Source: Octopus sinensis
Lineage: Eukaryota
DNA length: 19,117 bases
NCBI RefSeq assembly: GCF_006345805.1
Contig: NW_021824254.1
Location: 1 to 19,117, forward strand
Direction of reading: 5' to 3'
Shown: one piece after another, positions 1 to 10,193 of the stretch
Numbering within the stretch: position 1 is the first letter of the stretch
Layout: each line of letters opens with the position of its first letter
Program-made: the position numbers and the translations under genes
Notes under the pieces: generated by a model
Databases searched by the model: none
What the model was told of the DNA's origin: nothing
The model's input: the letters and a program-made list of their open reading frames with translations, nothing else

Positions 1-695
1 TATTCATTTTTATACCGCAAGAGACAAAGTTTTGAAAGCTTCCTTTCTCTTTTTCTCAAGTTCGTCATCACTGTCATTTTCCAAAACCTCTTTTTCTGTA
101 TCATCACTGTTATGCCCCATAAGCTCTTTTCGATGTGTTTCACTAACTGAATTGCAATTCTTGATTCCCATAAACAGAAAGAAAGGTATCTGCCTTGTCG
201 TCGAGTGAATAGTGTAATTATAATCCTCGACAATATCTTTGATAATATTGACATAACGTCCAAAACAATTTTTTGATTCAATGGTGGAGGAAATCCAACC
301 TTTTACACTCTTATTAAATCTAAAATTAATTAATGCAGAAAACATCTTTCTATTTGTCCCTGTACCCAAGGGGCCCGTGGTCTTCCAACATCCTCAAAGA
401 CAATTGATCTGGCTATTCTCTTAAGCCGCATTCGCTGAAACTTGCTCTTGTTATCGAAGACACTCAAATCCTCTTCATTGGACTTGAATTCTTTGATAAT
501 TTCCAATTCTTCCCTAGAAAGTGCCACCTGACGCATTAAATCACGCTGCTTTAAAATTAAATTATTTTATCAGTTTTAATAAAAATTATACATAAATAAA
601 CGACTTTTTCCTTAAAATTATTTTTTTCTTATTTTTTTTGTAATATTTGCTACAAGGTAACCAAAATGGGCGGATTTCAGAATGGGACTGTGACA
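1..695 (-). mobile_element. Internally deleted rve/retroviral-type integrase element (Ginger/KRBA2-like DNA transposon remnant)
   Basis: Minus-strand translation gives GRPRAPWVQGQIER followed, after removing a 26-nt intron-like segment (320-345), by FNKSVKGW...IVEDYNYTIHSTTRQIPFFLFMG. This matches the C-terminal half of rve integrase cores (QG.VERFN...YN...HS....PF). A short N-terminal stretch (MRQVALS...) is joined directly to this motif, so the middle is deleted. A possible TGT terminus (TGTCACAGTCCC on minus) ends at 695, but this boundary is uncertain. Confidence 0.6.
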
Positions 696-1592
696 GAATA
701 TATTCACAGATTTCAACAGGATGGTATCTCTAAATTTTGGCAATCAAAAGATCTACAAATGAAATTTCCAAATTTATGGAAGGAAATGAGTAATGTACTA
801 TTGACATTCCCTACCGCTTATTTAGTTTGAAAGTGGATTTAGTTTTGTCAATCATAATACACAATGTGAAAGAAATAGACTGAAAGTGTGTTATAGAGGC
901 GATATACGCCTAAAGTTGAGCAGAATTAAACCCGACATTTATTTATTTATTAAACACCAAGACCACAGTTAAGACCGAACTAATTAGCGTGTGATCCCGA
1001 CGCACTTCGACGGAGATCCTCCGGAAGGTTCAATCCTATGCAAAGTGCATCGTCCTGCGACGACGATGTCCCAGGGGGTAGGAGAGCTATTGGCCTTTTT
1101 CGGTGAGCATTAGGTGCCCCCTCGGCGTTTCCAAATCCAGTCGAAATCTCCAAATGAATTGGTGGACCACGTAAACGCCTTTCTAAGGCCGGATAGGAAG
1201 GAGATCCCTTTTTGACATCCTGTGTCGTGCCAGATGTACTCGTCACCTCACGGGCAAAGGAACTTCGACGAGATTAACCCCGACTTCAAAGTAGCCTCTT
1301 CTGGATTCGAACCCACGACGGCTGAATTCCAGTATCCAGAGCATACTCTTCAGCCAAGAGGGCCGACATAGAATATTTAGCGAGTAAACATCAATATCAA
1401 GGGTCTCGCTAATAATTTTTAATAAAAATTCAATTTTTTACATTTGATTTATTATTTTATATTTTGATTTTTGAGTTATATACAAAAAACAACCAATTAA
1501 GGGACAATGCCCAAAAATTTTTAAATTGTATGTGGACAAGGGGGCGACAAAAATCTAGGGGGCGATGAACAAAAAAAGGTTGAGAATGCCTG
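696..1592 (+). mobile_element. hAT (Buster/Charlie, SCAND3/ZBED-like) transposon: transposase C-terminus and right TIR, interrupted by a SINE
   Basis: Translation with one frameshift gives FWQSKDLQMKFPNLWKEMSNVLLTFPTAYLVESGFS...RNRLKVCYRGDIRLKLSRIKPDI, which resumes after the SINE as EYLASKHQYQGSR*. This is the hATC dimerisation domain. The right end AAAAGGTTGAGAATGCCTG (reverse complement CAGGCATTCTCAACC) ends at 1592 and is followed by ctcTAatg, fitting the Buster NNNTANNN target consensus. Confidence 0.85.
939..1363 (-). mobile_element. Full-length tRNA-derived SINE (~425 bp)
   Basis: The minus-strand head GCCCTCTTGGCTGAAGAG...GGTTCGAATCC has an A box (1346-1356) and a B box (1303-1313). 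There is no TTTT Pol III terminator in the body. The 3' tail is (TAAA)n. A target-site duplication CCGACAT lies at 932-938 and 1363-1369 (1-2 nt ambiguity with the 5' G). Removing the element restores the hAT reading frame. Confidence 0.85.
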
Positions 1593-2390
1593 CTCTAATG
1601 TAACTACAAAATCTTTCTCCTGGGCTTTTGAGTCCTTTGAGGTATTTAAGACGAGGACGTCGTCAGCGTATATGAGGAGGTTTTTCCAGGAGTTGGAGGT
1701 GAAAGGAAACTGCTCATTACAATTGTAAATAGAATTGGGTTGAGACAAGACCTCTGTGCCTCACCCCTTTAAAGCTAGACGTTTATCGAGTAAAGGCCTG
1801 ATTCAGACATGAAAAAGAACGGTTTGAAAGAAAACAACTCAGCCAGAGAAGGCCTTTTCTGTTGGCTCACACTCTTAAACTCTCTCTAACAGGTTTGATG
1901 CCACACGCTGTCAAAAGCCTTTGAGATATCTAGGCATATGAGAGGTAGAGTTTCTTTAAACTTCATTGCTCTCGCAACATAGACTGAAACGTCAGGAAGC
2001 ATTCACTGCAGCTCCGTCCAGCATGAAAACCCCATTGCTTTAGAAGCAGCACATTTTTGATTTTGGAAAGAAGTCAAAGCGCTTGGCCATAGTTTTTTCA
2101 ATCAACCTTGAGATAATTGATAATTGGGATTAGATTTATAGGACGGAAGCTGCTAGGCAGGCTTCTTGACCAATCGGATCTTGGAAATTTTCCAAGATAT
2201 TGGCACGTGACTTTATCGCAAATATCACGATCGGGTGGTGCCCTGATAACAATAGACAGGACAGTAGTTCTGACTCGCAACTTTGCGAGGTATCTAGACA
2301 GGCCTTCTATGTTTTGGCCAAGTAATTTGCGAATATGTTTGAGAATCCCTCCGGCGAAGCAGGCATGCAGGATTGGTTGCACATTTTAAT
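1593..2390 (-). mobile_element. Degenerate non-LTR (LINE) reverse transcriptase fragment, copy 1
   Basis: With frameshifts and stops the minus strand reads SFRPINLIPI, QWGFHAGRSC, LDISKAFDSVWH, NPILF and LLIYADDVLV, the ordered RT motifs. It is cut at 1593 by the hAT right end. Confidence 0.85.
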
Positions 2391-3083
2391 TTTTCGATGG
2401 GTTTATATATGTGACTGCTTACTTTTCGGCAACTTTGAATTTTTTGTTAATAGTTATCTGACTAGGGTTTAACGTTTTTACATCTCGCAAGTTTTGAATT
2501 CGTGCATTTTGTCTTTAGTTTATGTAAAAAAGTACAGATACAATAAGAGCTAATTTATTCCGAAATAACTAAACAAGTCATTCAGAGACAAATCTATTAT
2601 GGATGAATCATTTCTGGACAAGAAACGTTTTGAATAAAGAAATTCTAAATATTGTCGAATTATGCTAACGTTCAATAAAGTGAATATTTAACTGTCTCTT
2701 TGACTATATCAAGTAAGGTTTCAGATAAGAAATTTATAATCATACCTTTTAATAATTGTTATCTAAGTGTATGATTACTAAGATTAAAAATTCTGAATTG
2801 ATCGAAATTTGATTAATAAATTGTTATCTCTTTTTTGATTTTAGCAACTTTAACTATTTAATGATTTTTGGGCCCTAGTAGCAATTTGAAACAACTTCCA
2901 TTTTCACGGCCTTCGTTACCTTCATAAAACTATTCTAAAAAATTAAAAAGTATTTTATCACATTTTAAAAAGTTTTATCTTTGATAATTTATCATTAGAC
3001 ACATAAATTTAACGGTACATTATTTTGGTATATGATATGAAACCCGATAAACACAGTACATTAATTTTTATAGTTGCACAATA

Positions 3084-4051
3084 ATGGAAAAATGTGTTAT
3101 TTGTGAAGATTATGTAAGGGGTCAATTTTACGGTGTGCCCTGCTGCACCGGATGCAAACTATTCTTCAGGTAATATGTAACAATAATTTTAAGAAGATCG
3201 ATTCTCAAAAAATCTGAATTTGTTTGCAAATTCAGCCAAAACTGTAAAATAAACTTTGCAACTAAAAGCAAATGCAAATTCTGCAGATTTAAGAAATGCA
3301 GTCTCGCTGGAATGGATGCTAATGGTGACCAAAAAAATATTTTTAAAGTTTTCAGCTATTCAAAATTCTCGTGACGAAATATTTCCGGAAATTTCAATTC
3401 CAGAAGAAATTGTCAGATTCGAACAAGATTTTTTTCAATTATTTATTATATATTAACAATTTTAGGTTTTTTTCAATTTTGAATGCTTTTCTTGTTTTCT
3501 GAAAGATATTTGCCAAAATCCGCCGAATCAAACTTTTTTATTGGATTTGACTAAAAACTGGATTGTGATTTTTCTTAGAAACGAAAATGTATCATTTTGT
3601 GAAAATGTATTTGGTTAGTATATCTAATCAAATAGATTATTGCAAAATTAGCTGAGAATTATTTTTATTTATTCATTAGTATTTGCTGTTTTCCACAAAT
3701 GATATCAAAGTTAAACGAGATCCACAACATTGACCACGTCTCAAAACAATTTTTTTTAAGAACTGTCGAGAACTTTTCTAAGCTTCTAAAAGACTTTGGA
3801 ATTTAAAAATGAAATCAACAGATTTTTTTACATCAAGATAATTTCATTTCTTAAATTTTGTAGCTGTATTGATTTATGCTTAAGGTTATGTCGATCAAAA
3901 AGATTGTCCTCAATTGTTGAATAAATATTTGTATCTATTTGAAACAAACTGTCATTCACAGAACTTGAATGTATCGCAGTTTATAATCTTTTTACCGGAT
4001 TACCAAAAAACTGCTATTTGCTTTCAAGACCTCTTAGAATCGCAAAGTTGA
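3084..4051 (+). pseudogene. Nuclear hormone receptor (HNF4/NR2-like DBD), copy 1; intact DBD, ligand-binding domain disrupted
   Basis: ATG at 3084. C-x2-C-x13-C-x2-C and C-x5-C-x9-C-x2-C zinc fingers (CVICEDYVRGQFYGVPCCTGCKLFFRRS...CKFSQNCKINFATKSKCKFCRFKKC) and the T-box AGMDANAIQNSRDEI appear after removing GT-AG introns 3170-3193 (24 nt) and 3325-3355 (31 nt). The downstream LBD-like sequence (RLWNLKMKSTDFFYIKIISF, FIIFLPDY) contains in-frame stops and indels. Confidence 0.8.
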
Positions 4052-4352
4052 ATTACTTTTAACGATTTTTTTGATAAATAATGACGTTTATTTATTATAT
4101 ATTCTAGGGATTTATTTTTTTAATCAAATTTCATTTCAATATTAGTCGAATGCGTATTCTCAACATATTTCATATTCTTAAAACCAAACTTTTCAAATTT
4201 TTAATATAAATCTAGAATTTTGGATAACGTCCGAATCGTCATTTTCCAATGTTATGAACTCCCAGATTTTTAAAGACATTTTTTAAACTTTTCCCCCCAA
4301 TTTGCTTTTCACTGCGTTTGACTTTGCGAAAAACAAAGGAACAAAATGTCTA

Positions 4353-4827
4353 CACCTTTTTGGTATCGAATATCCGAACCATGATGTCAAATATCCGAAC
4401 TGAGATGTCAAACGTGTAGTTTCGTCCATATAAATTATATTTTTCTCATTAATAAATTAAATTTCAGTTTCATTACGTAGTCTCGCACAAATTTCGCTTA
4501 AAGTGATGACAGGATTTTCCTCAGCATAGTTTATCATTCTCGATATTTCAATGTCTGGGATTTTTGACCATTTGACCATTTTTTATTAGGTTGTGAAGCA
4601 TTTCGTATCCATTTATAAGCTGTATTTCGCTTAACTCCATTCAATTCCGCCACAATATGCCAATCTGCATCTTCATTTTCATATACAATTCTCATTTTGG
4701 CTTCCAAATTTGTTTTATTATATGTTTTACTAACACGAGAAGAAGTATTCATAGTTTTAACAAAAGTATTCATTTCGAACGAACAAAAATTCATTTATAT
4801 TTTTTAGATACGTAATTTTGACATTAA
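4353..4827 (-). mobile_element. IS630/Tc1/mariner-type non-autonomous element, truncated copy (one TIR missing)
   Basis: Same sequence as 10194-10668, starting TA|CACCTTTTTGGTATC. It stops at the D1 breakpoint before the second TIR. Confidence 0.8.
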
Positions 4828-4976
4828 GGTTGGGGTTAGGGATAAGGTTGGGGTTAGGGATAAGGTTGGGGTTAGGGATAAGGTTGGGGTTAGGGATAGG
4901 AATAAGGATAGGGTTAGAGATAAGGTTAGGGTTAGGGATAATGTTGGGGTTAGGGATAAGGTCGAAGTTAGGTTAG
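4825..4976 (+). repeat. G-rich 18-bp minisatellite (TAAGGTTGGGGTTAGGGA)n built from telomere-like hexamers
   Basis: Four perfect units at 4825-4896, a variant block, two near-perfect units at 4921-4956, then decay. Each unit contains TTAGGG plus the variants ATAAGG and TTGGGG. Confidence 0.92.
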
Positions 4977-5243
4977 TTTTTGGGATAAAATTGAGATTTT
5001 ATCACGCGCCAAAGATAAAAATGTATTTTTATCACGGATTAATACTTTTTGTGTTTTTTTATTTAGTTTTTATTTAAAAAAAATATAAATAGTTTTAATT
5101 TTTTTTGACTGGTAATCCAAATATTAATTAAATATTTAAAGTTCAACGGCGTTAATAACGAATGTTGGAGTATGTTGGTTTTGTACAAAAAAGAAATTTC
5201 AGTAAATTGGAATCTATCAGCATTTTAGGGTTAAACTTTAACT

Positions 5244-6819
5244 ATTTGCCCTGATCTTCTCCCAATTGTATCCTTGGCCTATTCCTTGCCGAGCAGCTTA
5301 CTTTTTTCCGGAAAAGTTATCAACTCTGAGTGTGGAATCCAACAGGGCGACCCCCTCGGTCCTCTACTATTCGCTGTCTGTGTTGATCACGTTGCACGTG
5401 GCATTTCTTCGCCTATCAATTTTTGGTATTTGGATGACGTCACTCTTGGTGGGCCTTTAGAAGTCATTATGGACGACGCCTCGAAGATAATATCTGAATT
5501 TTGAAGATTGGCCTTTCTCTAAATGGTGCAAAATGTGAACTAATCGGACTTACGGAGCCGCTAACCCAACAGAGTGAGGTTTTTATGGCCCTTTCGGAGA
5601 AAATTGACGGCCTTCGTATAACCGCTCTCGCGGATCTTGTGATTCTGGGTTCACCGATTTCTGATAAGGGAATTGCGAAGGCTATCGTTTCACAACGAGA
5701 TAAGATTGCTCCTCTCTGCGACCGATTACGACTGTTTGGCTCCCATCTGGGGCTGTTTTTGCTGAAAAACTTTCTTTTTATCCCCCGTTTAACCTTTTTG
5801 CTCCGAACGTCTCCTTGTTTTCGCTCACGTCAAGAACTTTTGGATTTGGATGACGCGGTTACATCATCATTACAGTTACTACTGAACACTTTGTTCACTG
5901 ACGTGGGACGTACACGTGCCGCACTTCCACTCCGCTTGGTGGCCTTGGGGTTCGTTCTTGTGCAGATCTTGCTTTGCCTTGTTATCTCTCGTCGATGTCT
6001 GCTTCCGGCAATTTCGTTCGCTCTGTTCTTATCAACTCACTCGAACTTGATGAGCTTACGGAATACCCTGTTGCTGTTCTCGCCTGGAGATCGCTCGGAC
6101 TTGGCCTTCCGGAGATTCCTTCAATACAGAAGAGTTGGGATGTCATCTGGTGCACACACCTGTTGGAGAGTCTTCGCACGCGAGTCGACCAGTTGGAACT
6201 GGCTTCATTGAACTGTGCCTGTCAGCCTCACTCAGGAGACTGGCTAAACGCACTTCCGTTGGCGTCCAATGGTCTGCTTATGGAAGACGAAACTATACGT
6301 ATCGGAGTGTGTCTTCGACTTGGACTTGAAATCTGCCAACCTCACCGTTGTCGCTGTGGTTTTTTGATTCCTTCGAACGGTTTACACGCATTGTCCTGTA
6401 GGAGGAGTGCTGGCCGATTTCCCCGCCACGTCCTTCTCAATGAAGTGGTGAAAAGGGCTTTGGATTCTGCGGGATTCCCATCGACCCTTGAACCTATTGG
6501 GCTCTGCCGCAGTGACGGAAAGCGTCCTGACGGGATGACTATATTCCCCTTTAGAGGAGGAAGGTCTCTTGTTTGGGATGTAACTTGCGTCGACTCCTTT
6601 TCAGATACTGTGCTCACAGGAACAGCCAGTACACAGGCTACGCATGTGCGCTGGCAGAAGAAAGGAAGTTGACGAAGTACGCTGTGCTTCCGAACGTCGT
6701 TGAGTTTGTCCCCCTAGCCTTTGAGACCTCCGGTGTGGTTGGAAAGAAGGTAGAAAATCTGTTACGGGTTGTGGGAGGAAGAATCTCACAGAATACAAAT
6801 GACCGGAGGGTTTTGATTA
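5244..6819 (+). mobile_element. CRE-clade (restriction-like endonuclease) non-LTR retrotransposon fragment, truncated at both ends
   Basis: RT motifs GIQQGDPLGPLLF and FWYLDDVTLGG, then LPLRLGGLGVR, a CCHC knuckle (CRCG...HALSC), the RLE motif RPDGMT...LVWDVTC and FVPLAFETSGVVG. Three 1-nt frameshifts (~5500, ~5937, ~6640) and no other stops. The expected final QRIS(I/V)A..R.N segment and the 3' tail are absent. Confidence 0.9.
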
Positions 6820-7194
6820 CGTGTGATCCCGACGCACTTCGACGGAGATCCTCCGGAAGGTTCAATCCTATGCAAAGTGCATCGTCCTGCGACGACGATG
6901 TCCCAGGGGTAGGAGAGCTATTGGTCCTTTTTCGGTGAGCATTAGGTGCCCCCTCGGCGTTTCCAAATCCAGTCGAAATCTCCAAATGAATTTGGTGGAC
7001 CACGTAACGCCTTTCTGAGGCCGGATAGGAAGGAGATCCCTTTTTGACATCCTGTGTCGTGCCAGATGTACTCGTCACCTCACGGGCAAAGGAACTTCGA
7101 CGAGATTACCCCGACTTCAAAGTAGCCTCTTCTGGATTCGAACCCACGACGGCTGAATTCCAGTATCCAGAGCATACTCTTCAGCCAAGAGGGC
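6820..7194 (-). mobile_element. tRNA-derived SINE, copy lacking the 3' ~50 bp and tail
   Basis: Matches 988-1363, with A and B boxes present and the tail replaced by the CRE junction. Confidence 0.85.
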
Positions 7195-7424
7195 CGACAT
7201 AGATATTTAGCGAGTAAACATCAATATCAAGGGTCTCGCTAATAATTTTTAATAAAAATTCAATTTTTTACATTTGATTTATTATTTTATATTTTGATTT
7301 TTGAGTTATATACAAAAAACAACCAATTAAGGGACAATGCCCAAAAATTTTTAAATTGTATGTGGACAAGGGGGCGACAAAATATCTAAGGGGGCGATGA
7401 ACAAAAAAAGGTTGAGAATGCCTG
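7195..7424 (+). mobile_element. hAT/Buster right end, duplicated copy
   Basis: Matches 1364-1592, including the TIR ...GGTTGAGAATGCCTG and the ctctaatg flank. Confidence 0.8.
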
Positions 7425-8223
7425 CTCTAATGTAACTACAAAATCTTTTCTCCTGGGCTTTTGAGTCCTTTGAGGTATTTAAGACGAGGACGTCGTCAGC
7501 GTATATGAGGAGGTTTTTCCAGGAGTTGGAGGTGAAAGGAAACTGCTCATTACAATTGTAAATAGAATTGGGTTGAGACAAGACCTCTGTGCCTCACCCC
7601 TTTAAAGCTAGACGTTTATCGAGTAAAGGCCTGATTCAGACATGAAAAAGAACGGTTTGAAAGAAAACAACTCAGCCAGAGAAGGCCTTTTCTGTTGGCT
7701 CACACTCTTAAACTCTCTCTAACAGGTTTGATGCCACACGCTGTCAAAAGCCTTTGAGATATCTAGGCATATGAGAGGTAGAGTTTCTTTAAACTTCATT
7801 GCTCTCGCAACATAGACTGAAACGTCAGGAAGCATTCACTGCAGCTCCGTCCAGCATGAAAACCCCATTGCTTTAGAAGCAGCACATTTTTGATTTTGGA
7901 AAGGAAGTCAAAGCGCTTGGCCATAGTTTTTTCAATCAACCTTGAGATAATTGATAATTGGGATTAGATTTATAGGACGGAAGCTGCTAGGCAGGCTTCT
8001 TGACCAATCGGATCTTGGAAATTTTCCAAGATATTGGCACGTGACTTTATCGCAAATATCACGATCGGGTGGTGCCCTGATAACAATAGACAGGACAGTA
8101 GTTCTGACTCGCAACTTTGCGAGGTATCTAGACAGGCCTTCTATGTTTTGGCCAAGTAATTTGCGAATATGTTTGAGAATCCCTCCGGCGAAGCAGGCAT
8201 GCAGGATTGGTTGCACATTTTAA
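7425..8223 (-). mobile_element. Degenerate LINE RT fragment, copy 2
   Basis: Duplicate of 1593-2390 with the same RT motifs. Confidence 0.85.
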
Positions 8224-8920
8224 TTTTTTCGATGGGTTTATATATTTGACTGCTTACTTTTCGGCAACTTTGAATTTTTTGTTAATAGTTATCTGACTAG
8301 GGTTTAACGTTTTTACATCTCGCAAGTTTTGAATTCGTGCATTTTGTCTTTAGTTTATGTAAAAAAGTACAGATACAATAAGAGCTAATTTATTCCGAAA
8401 TAACTAAACAAGTCATTCAGAGACAAATCTATTATGGATGAATCATTTCTGGACAAGAAACGTTTTGAATAAAGAAATTCTAAATATTGTCGAATTATGC
8501 TAACGTTCAATAAAGTGAATATTTAACTGTCTCTTTGACTATATCAAGTAAGGTTTCAGATAAGAAATTTATAATCATACCTTTTAATAATTGTTATCTA
8601 AGTGTATGATTACTAAGATTAAAAATTCTGAATTGATCGAAATTTGATTAAATAAATTGTTATCTCTTTTTTGATTTTAGCAACTTTAACTATTTAATGA
8701 TTTTTGGGCCCTAGTAGCAATTTGAAACAACTTCCATTTTTCACGGCCTTCGTTACCTTCATAAAACTATTCTAAAAAATTAAAAAGTATTTTATCACAT
8801 TTTAAAAAGTTTTATCTTTGATAATTTATCATTAGACACATAAATTTAACGGTACATTATTTTGGTATATGATATGAAACCCGATAAACACAGTACATTA
8901 ATTTTTATAGTTGCACAATA

Positions 8921-9891
8921 ATGGAAAAATGTGTTATTTGTGAAGATTATGTAAGGGGTCAATTTTACGGTGTGCCCTGCTGCACCGGATGCAAACTATT
9001 CTTCAGGCAATATGTAACAATAATTTTAAGAAGATCGATTCTCAAAAAATCTGAATTTGTTTGCAAATTCAGCCAAAACTGTAAAATAAACTTTGCAACT
9101 AAAAGCAAATGCAAATTCTGCAGATTTAAGAAATGCAGTCTCGCTGGAATGGATGCTAATGGTGACCAAAAAATATTTTAAAAGTTTTCAGCTATTCAAA
9201 ATTCTCGTGACGAAATATTTCCGGAAATTTCAATTCCAGAAGAAATTGTCAGATTCGAACAAGATTTTTTTCAATTATTTATTATATATTAACAATTTTA
9301 GGTTTTTTTCAATTTTGAATGCTTTTCTTGTTTTCTGAAAGATATTTGCCAAAATCCGCCGAATCAAACTTTTTTATTGGATTTGACTAAAAACTGGATT
9401 GTGATTTTTCTTAGAAACGAAAATGTATCATTTTGTGAAAATGTATTTGGTTAGTATATCTAATCAAATAGATTATTGCAAAATTAGCTGAGAATTATTT
9501 TTATTTATTCATTAGTATTTGCTGTTTTCCACAAATGATATCAAAGTTAAACGAGATCCACAACATTGACCACGTCTCAAACAATATTTTTTTAAGAACT
9601 GTCGAGAACTTTTCTAAGCTTTCTAAAAGACTTTGGAATTTAAAAATGAAATCAACAGATTTTTTTTACATCAAGATAATTTCATTTCTTAAATTTTGTA
9701 GCTGTATTGATTTATCTGCTTAAGGTTATGTCGATCAAAAAGATTGTCCTCAATTGTTGAATAAATATTTGTATCTATTTGAAACAAACTGTCATTCACA
9801 GAACTTGAATGTATCGCAGTTTATAATCTTTTTACCGGATTACCAAAAAACTGCTATTTGCTTTCAAGACCTCTTAGAATCGCAAAGTTGA
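8921..9891 (+). pseudogene. Nuclear hormone receptor, copy 2; intron 1 has a GC donor, LBD carries stops
   Basis: Same DBD as copy 1. Intron 1 (9007-9030) reads GC..AG and is open in frame. The LBD-like region has TGA at 9489-9491 and TAA at 9721-9723. Confidence 0.8.
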
Positions 9892-10193
9892 ATTACTTTT
9901 AACGATTATTTTTGATAAATAATGACGTTTATTTATTATATATTCTAGGGATTTATTTTTTTAATCAAATTTCATTTCAATATTAGTCGAATGCGTATTC
10001 TCAACATATTTCATATTCTTAAAACCAAACTTTTCAAATTTTTAATATAAATCTAGAATTTTGGATAACGTCCGAATCGTCATTTTCCAATGTTATGAAC
10101 TCCCAGATTTTTAAAGACATTTTTTAAACTTTTCCCCCCAATTTGCTTTTCACTGCGTTTGACTTTGCGAAAAACAAAGGAACAAAATGTCTA

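Larger units (their letters stand above)
988..4827. repeat. Segmental direct repeat D, copy 1 (~3.84 kb)
   Basis: Colinear with 6820-10668. Roughly two dozen differences by eye, mostly 1-bp indels in homopolymers plus a few substitutions. Confidence 0.95.

Noticed and set aside
1293-1363. Functional tRNA gene (also at ~7124-7194)
   Set aside because: The anticodon arm does not form a canonical 5-bp stem with a 7-nt loop, and the sequence continues into a body, tail and TSD. It is a SINE head.
2117-2389. 90-aa plus-strand ORF (duplicated at 7951-8223)
   Set aside because: It is antisense to the LINE RT remnant and has no recognisable motif.
2400-3080. Decayed coding sequence upstream of the receptor
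   Set aside because: AT-rich, with only short frames and no motif I can identify.
4825-4976. True chromosome telomere or CRISPR-like array
   Set aside because: It is interstitial, only ~150 bp, made of compound 18-bp units without unique spacers, and lies in a eukaryotic context.
6638-7078. ORFs over the SINE and the CRE/SINE junction (980-1246, 6601-6798, 6638-7078, 6868-7050)
   Set aside because: They are chance frames in GC-rich non-coding or antisense transposon sequence and differ between the two copies by frameshifts.
9489-9723. Stop-codon reassignment to explain in-frame stops in the receptor LBD
   Set aside because: GAK and DDHD end in TGA and RagC in TAA with no internal stops after splicing, so the standard code applies.
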